NCBI GenBank assembly: GCA_964016885.1
Contig: OZ024741.1
Span: 48,112,001 to 48,176,000 of the forward strand
Direction of reading: 5' to 3'
Length of the DNA: 64,000 bases
Origin: Eledone cirrhosa
Lineage: Eukaryota
The position numbers were made by a program, and so were the translations under genes. Shown piece by piece: positions 11,960 through 23,016 of this stretch. Each line of letters begins with the position of its first letter. Positions within the stretch are counted from its first letter, which is position 1. The notes beneath the pieces were generated by a model. It was not told where the DNA came from. It did not search any database and saw only the letters and a list, made by a program, of their open reading frames with translations.

Positions 11960-12066
11960 TAGTGTCACTAACAGATGTACTCTTACCTCTTGGTATAGAG
12001 TCGCTGGCAGATGTACTCCTGGTATAGAGTAGCTGACAGATGTACTCCTACCTCTGGCCTACAGAT
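11960..12066. repeat. Short degenerate minisatellite (~27-35 bp unit, ~3 copies)
   Basis: 'cagatgtactc' occurs three times and 'tggtatagagt' twice. Confidence 0.7.
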
Positions 12067-12601
12067 ATTTTGTCTCTTTTCATTACCTTTTCTACCAATA
12101 CTACAATGGCCTCTGCTCCTTGAAATTGGTTGACTTTGTGCATCCTCTCTGCTGAAGTATATTTATTTACATATATACATATGTACACATACATATGTGT
12201 GTGTATGTATGTGTATGTATGTATATATATACACACACACACACACACATCTTCTAATGGAATAACTTTTGATGTATGTGCAGAGTAAGAAAATGTTTCA
12301 AAGTAGAGAGGGAGAGATAGAGATTGGTTATTTGTAGCTTGTTCTCAGGTTTACATTTAGTTTGTTAAGGTTCTTGATTTTAAAGTGTTTTGTCGTGTCA
12401 GTGTAGTTTATGGTTTGGTGTGATGTATTTTGTTTTATGATATTTTTAATTATGTTTGTCTCTTTTGTAGTTAGTACTAGGATAGTACCCATAAAAAATG
12501 TTGGTTTATAGTAAAAAAGTATCAATTTAATAATTCCTTGATTACAACATGCTATATAAATAAAGTGGTTATCATGTAGATCTTAAGTTTTATTATTTAA
12601 A

Positions 12602-12995
12602 ATGGGCAGTGGATTGGCAGTATTGGTAGAGGGTCGGATGCCATGCTTTGACGTATAGAGTTACGGTCCTTGCCATTTTGAGTTCAAATTCCGCTGAAGT
12701 TAACTTTGCCTTTCATCCTTACAGGGTCGATAAAATAAAGTACCAGTAATGCACTGGGTAATTGCTGGCCTTGTGCCAAACATAGAAACAATTATTTAAA
12801 ATGGGCGGTGGATTGGCAGTATCTGTAGAGTTGGACAACATGCTTTTTAACATATTTTACATTCTGAGTTCAAATCCCGCCAAGGTTAGCTTTTCCTTTC
12901 ATGTTTATTGGGTCAATAAAATGAAGCACCAGTAACGAACTGAAGTTGATTTAATCGAACCCCTCCAAATTGTTGGTCTTGTGCCTAAATTTGCA
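12602..12995 (+). mobile_element. Tandem pair of tRNA-derived Meta-like SINEs
   Basis: Two copies start 'atttaaaatgggc(a/g)gtggattggcagtat' (~12595, ~12794). Each has B box 'gagttcaaat(t/c)cc' and the 'cctttcat...ggtc(g/a)ataaaat' core. Confidence 0.75.
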
Positions 12996-13261
12996 ATCAT
13001 GATTTAAAAAATTGCATTTGATTCATATAATAATCACATTGTGTGATTTGTTTAGTTTTAATGATTGTTATATCTGATATATTTGTACCTATATTCATCT
13101 GTAGTTTGATCCAGTCTGTTAGAATATTCATTGTTGATTAGTATTTTATTCTGTGAAATTCTCTATCTAGTTCTTCATTTGAGAAAGACATTCTTTATTA
13201 AGAAGGCATTTTTCAAGTGTCGTTTTGTAACTGTGAGCATTTGTCTCCATCAAATGGAACA

Positions 13262-13316
13262 AAACCGTCTTATCCATGCTAGCGTGGAAGATGGACGTTA
13301 AACGATGATAATGATA
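13262..13316 (+). mobile_element. RTE-type 3' tail directly abutting the satellite start
   Basis: 'ccgtcttatccatgctagcgtggaagatggacgttaaacgatgataatgat'. Confidence 0.7.
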
Positions 13317-13325
13317 TATATAAAA

Positions 13326-16300
13326 TTGTGTCTTTGGTGTACACAGGCATTAACTCTATATATATTTAGTTGCCTCTGGTGTACACAGACTATATATATT
13401 TAGTTGTATCTCTGGTCTACACAGACTGTATATATATTTAGTTGTATCTCTGGTCTACACAGACTATATATATATTTAGTTGTGTATCTGGTCTCCACAG
13501 ACTATATATATATTTAGTTGTCTCTGGTCTACACAGACTATATATATATTTAGTTGCCTCTGGTGTACACAGACTATATATATATTTAGTTGTATCTCTG
13601 GTCTCCACAGACTATATATATATTTAGTTGTGTCTCTGGTCTACACAGACTGTATATATATTTAGTTATGTCTCTGGTCTACACAGACTATATATATATT
13701 TAGTTGTGTCTCTGGTCTACACAGACTTTATATATATTTAGTTGTGTCTCTGGTCTACACAGACTTTATATATATTTAGTTGTATCTGGTCTACACAGAC
13801 TATATATATATTTAGTTGTATCTGGTCTACACAGACTATATATATATTTAGTTGTATCTGGTCTACACAGACTATATATATATTTAGTTGTATCTGGTCT
13901 ACACAGACTATATATATATTTAGTTGTATCTGGTCTACACAGACTATATATATATTTAGTTGTATCTGGTCTACACAGACTATATATATATTTAGTTGTA
14001 TCTCTGGTCTACACAGACTATATATATATTTAGTTGTATCTCTGGTCTACACAGCCTATATATATATTTAGTTGTATCTCTGGTCTACACAGACTATATA
14101 TATATTTAGTTGTATCTGGACTCCACAGACTATATATATATATTTAGTTGTATCTGGTCTACACAGACTATATATATATTTAGTTGTATCTGGTCTACAC
14201 AGACTATATATATATTTAGTTGTGTATCTGGTCTACACAGACTATATATATATTTAGTTGTGTATCTGGTCTACACAGACTATATATATATTTAGTTGTA
14301 TCTCTGGTCTACACAGACTATATATATATTTAGTTGTATCTCTGGTCTCCACAGACTATATATATATTTAGTTGTGTCTCTGGTCTACACAGACTATATA
14401 TATATTTAGTTGTCTCTCTGCTCTACACAGACTATATATATATTTAGTTGTATCTCCGGTCTACACAGACTATATATATATTTAGTTGTATCTGGTCTCC
14501 ACAGACTATATATATATTTAGTTGTATCTGCTCTCCACAGACTTTATATATATTTAGTTGTATCTGGTCTACACAGACTATATATATATTTAGTTGTATC
14601 TGGTCTACACAGACTATATATATATTTAGTTGTCTCTCTGGTCTACACAGACTATATATATATTTAGTTGTATCTGGTATCCACAGACTATATATATATT
14701 TAGTTGTATCTGGTCTACACAGACTATATATATATTTAGTTGTATCTGGTCTACACAGACTATATATATATTTAGTTGTATCTGGTCTACACAGACTATA
14801 TATATATTTAGTTGTATCTCTGGTCTACACAGACTATATATATATTTAGTTGTATCTCTGGTCTACACAGACTATATATATATTTAGTTGTATCTGGTAT
14901 CCACAGACTATATATATATTTAGTTGTATCTGGTCTACACAGACTATATATATATTTAGTTGTATCTCTGGTCTACACAGACTATATATATATTTAGTTG
15001 TATCTCTGGTCTACACAGACTATATATATATTTAGTTGTATCTGGTATCCACAGACTATATATATATTTAGTTGTGTCTCTGGTCTACACAGACTATATA
15101 TATCCATTTAGTTGTATCTCTGGTCTACACAGACTATATATATATTTAGTTGTATCTCTGGTCTACACAGACTATATATATATTTAGTTGTATCTCTGGT
15201 CTACACAGACTATATATATATTTAGTTGTATCTCTGGTCTACACAGACTATATATCCATTTAGTTGTGTCTCTGGTCTACACAGACTATATATATATTTA
15301 GTTGTATCTGGTCTACACAGACTATATATATATTTAGTTGTATCTCTGGTCTACACAGACTATATATATATTTAGTTGTATCTGGTCTACACAGACTATA
15401 TATATATTTAGTTGTATCTGGTCTACACAGACTATATATATATTTAGTTGTGTCTCTGGTCTACACAGACTATATATATCTATTTAGTTGTATCTGGTCT
15501 CCACAGACTATATATATATTTAGTTGTATCTGGTCTACACAGACTATATATATATTTAGTTGTGTCTCTGGTCTACACAGACTATATATATCTATTTAGT
15601 TGTATCTGGTCTCCACAGACTATAAATATATTTAGTTGTATCTGGTCTACACAGACTATATATATATTTAGTTGTGTCTCTGGTCTCCACAGACTATATA
15701 TATATTTAGTTGTATCTGGTCTCCACAGACTATATATATATTTAGTTGTCTCTGGTCTACACAGACTATATATATATTTAGTTGTATCTGGTCTCCACAG
15801 ACTATATATATATTAAGTTGTATCTGGTCTACACAGACTATATATATATTTAGTTGTGTCTCTGGTCTACACAGACTATATATATCTATTTAGTTGTATC
15901 TGGTCTCCACAGACTATAAATATATTTAGTTGTATCTGGTCTACACAGACTATATATATATTTAGTTGTGTCTCTGGTCTCCACAGACTATATATATATT
16001 TAGTTGTATCTGGTCTCCACAGACTATATATATATTTAGTTGTCTCTGGTCTACACAGACTATATATATATTTAGTTGTATCTGGTCTCCACAGACTATA
16101 TATATATTTAGTTGTGTCTCTGGTCTCCACAGACTATATATATATTTAGTTGTGTCTCTGGTCTCCACAGACTATATATATATTTAGTTGTATCTGGTCT
16201 CCACAGACTATATATATATTTAGTTGTCTCTGGTCTACACAGACTATATATATATTTAGTTGTATCTGGTCTCCACAGACTATTTATATATTTAGTTGTG

Positions 16301-16503
16301 TCTCTGGTCTCCACAGACTATATATATATTTAGTTGTATCTGGTCTCCACAGACTATATATATATTTAGTTGTGTCTCTGGTCTCCACAGACTATATCTA
16401 TATTTAGTTGTATCTGGTCTCCACAGACTATATATATATTAAGTTGTATCTGGTCTACACAGACTATATATATATTTAGTTGTATCTCTGGTCTACAGAC
16501 TAT
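13326..16503. repeat. 36/38-bp satellite array, block 1 (left edge)
   Basis: Tandem TTTAGTTGT(A/G)TC(TC)TGGTCT(A/C)CACAGAC(TA)5; the first monomers are degenerate. Confidence 0.98.
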
Positions 16504-16786
16504 ATCATCATCATCATTTTACGTCCGCTTTTCCCTGCTTGCAAGGGTGGGACGGGAACTGATTCTGGCTTGATTTCTACAGCTGGATGCCCTTCCTAAC
16601 ACCAACCTCATTTACAGTGAGTGCTGGGTGCTTTTTTGCCGTGGCACCTCCACGACCACTTTACAGTGGAATGATATGGACCCCAGTCCCTATCATCTCA
16701 TTTCTACAGCTGAGTAAACTGGAGCAATGTGAAATAAAGTGTCTTGCTCAAGGAAACAACACATCACCCGGGCTGAGAATTGAACT
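16504..16786 (-). mobile_element. tRNA-derived SINE, 3' part (RTE family-A tail), split by the Gypsy element
   Basis: Reverse complement matches SINE 3911-4200 from the B box onward, but the tail 'cccacccttgcaagcagggaaaagcggacgtaaaatgatgat' matches LINE A at 8004-8054. Confidence 0.9.
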
Positions 16787-17239
16787 TGTAGTAAGACGCC
16801 TGTCGGATAATGGACTAGACCTAGTTGTCTCCCCCTGGTTGAGAACACTATTTAAGTAAGCAGCAGTATTACTTTCTCAGACAGCCACGGGAAAGCAGAC
16901 GGTATACACGCCACAGAAAACAGCCTCTGTACCACGAAACGATAAACAGCCCTCGGGAACAGCAAACACCACAATACCTTTGTAATTGTAATTCACTACA
17001 ACTGGATCACGTATATATTTGGTATGTTTCATTTGTAATATAAACACATATAAACAAAATAAACATCACCATTATTTACATTGTTAAATATAACTCTTGT
17101 TGTGATTATTGTCTAGTTTACGCACACCCCCCACTCACTTTGTTATAATTCTCACTTACAAAAATGGTAAATAGACGAGGGACCTTCCCTCACGTCTATG
17201 TCGATAAACAATCCAACTAGGATACTTCATTTTACCACA
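16787..17239 (+). repeat. LTR1 (453 bp)
   Basis: tgtagtaagacgcc...ttttaccaca; lacks the 12 bp 'ttacgccccccc' found in LTR2 and LTR3. Confidence 0.95.
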
Positions 17240-17240
17240 C

Positions 17241-17253
17241 TGGTGACCGACGT
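17241..17253 (+). promoter_or_regulatory. Primer-binding site, tRNA-Trp-like (second copy at 22383-22395)
   Basis: 'tggtgaccgacgt' versus the canonical Trp PBS TGGTGACCCCGACGTGAT (2-nt deletion), 1 nt after the LTR end. Confidence 0.75.
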
Positions 17254-17874
17254 AAGAATTTTACGCAGCCTTTTTATTCAGTTGAACTTCACTGTTATTA
17301 CCACGTTGCCAACGTTTTCGCAACTTACGAAAATACAAAAAAAAGACAGAGAAATAATAAAGTGTTTATACCGTATTGACAAGGTACACAAAAAAGCCAA
17401 ACAATTTTTCAAAGATGGCGTTGCTTTCCTTCTCCATTTTGCAATTTTCCCGCCATTACAGGGACATTTTGAATTGCTTGTGTGTGTTCCATATTTGATC
17501 AAGGAAAAAAAACTTTTTGTGAACATTACTGCCCCGCAGGGGATATACATGCCTTACCTTTTTTCTAAGGGATTTTTAGCCACAGGCTACCTATTGTTGA
17601 TATCCAACCAGGATATATTCTAAAACAAACATTTTTTTTTTTTTCCCTTTTTCATGGATTATTTGATTTGGCTGGCTCGTTGAAGAAAAGTTTAAAAAAA
17701 AAAATATATATATGTATTTTATGTATTTTTCCTATTTCCTAATGTTTTGAATGTCTGTTTCTTTTTGACCTCTCATTTTTTTTCCATATTGGGTGTTTGC
17801 TTTTCCCTGTGCGAGGGTACATTAATTGCTGTTTATATATATATATATTTTTTTTTAATTTTAAACGTTTTTCC

Positions 17875-20800
17875 ATGAATGCACCACATTTGCCCGCCTT
17901 TACCGGAAAACCTAAGCTGTGGCTTGCCCAGTTACAGACGTATTTTACGGTCTGTAAGACAGTCTGACCAGCGCCTCGCTGTCTTGATTAGCGGACTCCC
18001 CCTAATCTAGCAGATTCGGTCCAAGACCTAATTACAGACCCCCCCCCCTCTGACTTAACGTTTCAGTCTTTAAAAGGCGAGATCTTGAGAAGGAACTGTA
18101 AGTCGGTAGAGAGTCGTTTTCGGTCATTGATCGAGGACGAACGATCAGGTAACAGGACCCCTACCGCTTTTCTCCGGCATTTGCGGGAATTGAGCGATTC
18201 CCAAGATCAGGATAGCCCTTTCCTGAAGCAATTGTTCTTCTCTCGCCTACCTCAAGAGGTACAGCCGATCCTAGCCCATATGCTAGAGGTAAATACCCTC
18301 GACCACATTGCTGTCTCTGCTGACAAAATTGTAGAAGTGACGAAGAGAGACACTGCGAAGCCAAAGTACATTGCTTCCTCTTCTCTTCCTCAATCACGCT
18401 CATCAGTGAGTGATGAGAAATTAGTCAAAACAATGGAAGCCATGACTCGTCAAATGGCGGAGTTGTGCCAGGAACTCAGGTCTTTTGGACGGCAGAGGAG
18501 CCGCTCACAAACTTATTCAACTCCTCGCCGCCGTAGCCGTTCCAAATCGTGCTTACAAGGGAAACGACGACCAGAGTCACTAACGGCAGATAGTGCGCTC
18601 TGCGAAACATCATCCAACCGCCACTTTTTTATTGAGGACCTGCTATCAGGTAGAGCCGTTCTGGTTGACACAGGTGCAGCTTGTTCAATATGGCCTGTGT
18701 GTTGTATGAAGGAGACTCCCCCTGAGTCATCTATTGAATTGCAGGCAGTAAATTGTTCGCCGATTCGAACCTTCGGACAAATCTCGCTACCTTTGCAGTT
18801 CTGTAATCTGTGGCGTGAATTTAAATGGATATTTACTGTCGCTGCCTTGCCGTATCCGATTCTAGGCGCGGATTTTCTCCACCATTTTTCATTGACGGTG
18901 GACCTCCGTCGTAAACGCCTAATTGATGGCATCACTGGTTTCACTGTTGTTGGCAAGGCAGCAGGAGTTCCAACAGTTAGCCCGACCTTTTTTCTTGCTA
19001 ACACCGGTGATACTTACCATGCGTTGTTGAACTCGTTCCCGCAACTGACTCAGGGAAATTTTCGAGTTGATGAGCCAACTCATACCACGGAGCACTTCAT
19101 AACTACAACTGGTGCGCCCATTTTTTCTCGTCCTCGTCGCTTGCCTCCGGACAAACTCAAAGCAGCACGATCAGAGTTTGATCATATGCTGCAGTTGGGG
19201 ATTATTCATCCGTCCACGAGCCCGTGGGCGTCCCCATTACACATGGTACCGAAAGCGACTGGCGATTGGAGACCTACTGGAGATTATCGATGCTTAAATT
19301 CGATAACGGAACCGGACCGTTATCCTATCCCTCATCGCAAGACTTTGCGTCTTCGTTGCAGGGATGCAAGATATTCTCCAAAATGGATTTAATTCGTGCG
19401 TACCATCAAATTCCTGTCCATAAAAACGGCTATAGTTACGCCATTTGGGTCATTTGAGTTTTTGACCATGCCGTTCGGATTAAGGAATGCCGCTAGTACT
19501 TTTCAGCGGTTTATGGATGAGGTTACTCGCGGCCTCGATTTCGTCTATACCTATATTGACGACCTGCTCATTGCTAGTTCTTCTCAAGAGCAACATACGC
19601 ACCATTTGAATCTTCTTTTCCGCCGATTGAAGGTGTATAACGTGCAGATTAATGCACCCAAATGTGTTTTTGGTGTTGAGTCACTGACTTTCTTGGGTCA
19701 CGTCATCGATGCTGACGGTATTCGACCCCGGCCTGAGCGAGTTAAGGTCATAGAGGATTTGCCTCCACCGACCTCACTACGTCAGTTACGCCAGTTCTTA
19801 GGCCTGATTAGCTTTTATAGGCGTTTCGTCCCAAATTGTGCGAGATTGCTTTTCTCCCTGACAGAAATTTAAAAAAATTCTCGGAAGAAGAATAAAGATA
19901 TTTCTTTAACCGAGACTCAACTTGCTGATTTTCAGCACGCCAAAACTGCTTTGGCTAATGCTTCTTTACTGGCTCACCCGGTACCCGGTGCAAAGCTAAC
20001 TCTTTGTGTTGATGCATCGGATATCGCTGTGGGCGCAGTGCTACAACAAAACATCAATGGTTACCAGCAACCGCTGGAGTTCTTTTCCAGAAAGATGAAA
20101 CCTGCTGAGACACGCTACAGCATCTTTGGAAGAGAGCTTTTAGCCATCTATTTAGCTGTGAAACATTTTTCACATATGCTAGAGGGTAGACTATTTACTA
20201 TCCTCACTGACCATAAACCATTGACTTTTGCGTTGAGAGCGAAGGCTGATAAATACTCGCCCAGTGAGACGAGGCACCTTGATTTCATCTCGCAATATAT
20301 GAATGATATCCAACACATTCCGGGTTCACTGAATACAGTGGCCGATGCTTTGTCCCGCTTACCCATGACAGCGATCTCGTCACCCTCTGACATAGATCTG
20401 ACTCGTTTGGCTGCGGATCAGCCTCCCCTTCAGTCATTGGATGTTACATCGCCCAAGTTTGTGAATTGCGAGATGAAATACTTGCCTCTGTCGACTGCAG
20501 TTGGCCAAATTCTCTGCGACGTCTCTTTGGACGTGCCTAGGCCCTTCGTTCCAGAGAATCATCGTCGGACCGTGTTTCTGGCATTACATAATTTCTCGCA
20601 TCCAGGATCTTCTGCCACATTTAAACTCATATCAGCTAGATTTTTCTGGCCAAATATGAGGCGTGAAATTGCTGCTTGGTGCCGTTCCTGCGTCGCTTGC
20701 CAGAAATCAAAGGTCCATCGACACGTCAAGGCTCCCCTGGGTACCTTTACTAACCCAGATGTGCGTTTTTCGCACATTCATATTGATATAGTGGGACCTT

Positions 20801-21684
20801 GGCTTATCAGCGATGGTTATTCTTATCTGCTGACCATAATTGACTGTTTTTCGAGATGGCCTGAAGCCATCCCCTTGAAAAACATCACCGCTGAGACAAT
20901 AGCGCGTGCTCTTGTGTCTGGATGGATCTCTCGTTATGGAGTTCCATCCACAGTAACTACCGACCGTGGACGACAGTTCGAGTCTTTTCCTCGAACTGTC
21001 AAAATTAATTGGAGCTAAATGCATCAGAACTACAGCGTACCATCCCGCTTCGAATGGTATGGTGGAGCGTTTTCACTGACAACTGAAGGCCTCCTTAATG
21101 GCCTCAATGGACTTGGCGCATTGGAGTGAGTACCTCCCTATTGTGCTACTAGGGATTTGGTCAACGGTAAAGGTCGACTTTGGATATTCACCGGCCGAAG
21201 TACTGTACGGTGCCCCTCTGACGTTGCCCCTATCGATCTTGATGCCCAAGATCACGCTTCCTACGTGTCCCGTTTGCGCTCCTATTTCCAGGATTTTCCA
21301 CCAATGGACACTAAGAAACAAACTGTCAAGACTGCTGTCCCGAGGTATGTTGCCTCGTGGAAGCATGTCTTTGTAAGTAAAGATTCTGTGAAGCCCCTGC
21401 TCACACAGCCTTACACTGGACCTTACCGTGTCTTAGCGTGGCTAAGCATTACCGTGGCTAAGCATTTCACTTTAGATATTAAAGGGTCCAGGGAGTCAGT
21501 TACAATAGACAGGCTTAAGCAGGCACACCTTGACACGGACGCTGTGGTTCCTGATCCACGAACCCCTTCGTATCTGCCTGTTGAGCGAACGCCTGTTCCT
21601 GAACCACCATCATCGCCTGTCCCTACACCTCCACCATCGCCATGTTACAAGACCACGACCCGTTCAGGTCGTAGAGTCCACTAG
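17875..21684 (+). pseudogene. gag-pol: Gypsy gag-pol, copy 1 (frameshifts and stops)
   Basis: Gag start MNAPHLPAFTGKPKLWLAQ at 17875, protease LVDTGA, RT SPWASP/MPFGLRNA/YIDD, RNase H CVDAS/RELLA/TDHKPL, integrase H-H-C-C and HIDIVGP/TDRG, and GPY motif PYTGPY. Confidence 0.93.
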
Positions 21685-21904
21685 CCCCAAAAATTTTGCA
21701 GCAGCCTTTTTTTTTGCCTCTGTGTTTCTGCTTTTTCTTTGCCTTGTTTTTCATGCATGTTGTGTTTCTTAACATTTTTCAAATCCTTATTCTGGATTTA
21801 ATGATTTAATGATTGGTAGAGCGAATAGCTCCCGCTTGTTGCATTGTTCGACATCTTACTCCACGTGTGAGTAATAACATCAATTTTCGATGATTTGAAA
21901 ATCT

Positions 21905-21916
21905 GGCAGGGGAAAC
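21905..21916 (+). promoter_or_regulatory. Polypurine tract (second copy at 27051-27062)
   Basis: 'ggcaggggaaac' immediately before the LTR TG. Confidence 0.7.
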
Positions 21917-22381
21917 TGTAGTAAGACGCCTTACGCCCCCCCTGTCAGATAATGGACTAGACCTAGTTGTCTCCCCCTGGTTGAGAACACTATTTAAGTA
22001 AGCAGCAGTATTACTTTCTCAGACAGCCACGGGAAAGCAGACGGTATACACGCCACAGAAAACAGCCTCTGTACCACGAAACGATAAACAGCCCTCGGGA
22101 ACAGCAAACACCACAATACCTTTGTAATTGTAATTCACTACAACTGGATCACGTATATATTTGGTATGTTTCATTTGTAATATAAACACATATAAACAAA
22201 ATAAACATCACCATTATTTACATTGTTAAATATAACTCTTGTTGTGATTATTGTCTAGTTTACGCACACCCCCCACTCACTTTGTTATAATTCTCACTTA
22301 CAAAAATGGTAAATAGACGAGGGACCTTCCCTCACGTCTATGTCGATAAACAATCCAACTAGGATACTTCATTTTACCACA
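21917..22381 (+). repeat. LTR2 (465 bp, shared central LTR, chimeric)
   Basis: 5' markers match LTR3; markers from 21970 onward match LTR1. Confidence 0.95.
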
Positions 22382-23016
22382 CTGGTGACCGACGTAAGAA
22401 TTTTACGCAGCCTTTTTATTCAGTTGAACTTCACTGTTATTACCACGTTGCCAACGTTTTCGCAACTTACGAAAATACAAAAAAAAGACAGAGAAATAAT
22501 AAAGTGTTTATACCGTATTGACAAGGTACACAAAAAAGCCAAACAATTTTTCAAAGATGGCGTTGCTTTCCTTCTCCATTTTGCAATTTTCCCGCCATTA
22601 CAGGGACATTTTGAATTGCTTGTGTGTGTTCCATATTTGATCAAGGAAAAAAAACTTTTTGTGAACATTACTGCCCCGCAGGGGATATACATGCCTTACC
22701 TTTTTTCTAAGGGATTTTTAGCCACAGGCTACCTATTGTTGATATCCAACCAGGATATATTCTAAAACAAACATTTTTTTTTTTTTCCCTTTTTCATGGA
22801 TTATTTGATTTGGCTGGCTCGTTGAAGAAAAGTTTAAAAAAAAAAATATATATATGTATTTTATGTATTTTTCCTATTTCCTAATGTTTTGAATGTCTGT
22901 TTCTTTTTGACCTCTCATTTTTTTTCCATATTGGGTGTTTGCTTTTCCCTGTGCGAGGGTACATTAATTGCTGTTTATATATATATATATTTTTTTTTAA
23001 TTTTAAACGTTTTTCC

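Noticed and set aside
9204-12248. Possible minus-strand micro-exons (acceptor-like 'tttttttcaatacag' near 9375; 'AERMHKVNQFQGAEAIVVLVEK|gtaatg' near 12086-12152)
   Set aside because: No recognisable protein similarity, and such splice-like motifs are common by chance in AT-rich DNA.
17198-17623. 141-aa ORF in the Gypsy leader (and copy 22340-22765) as an extra or env-like gene
   Set aside because: It starts inside the LTR, crosses the PBS, and lies in AT-rich leader with homopolymer runs and no recognisable motif. Identity between the copies just reflects the duplication.
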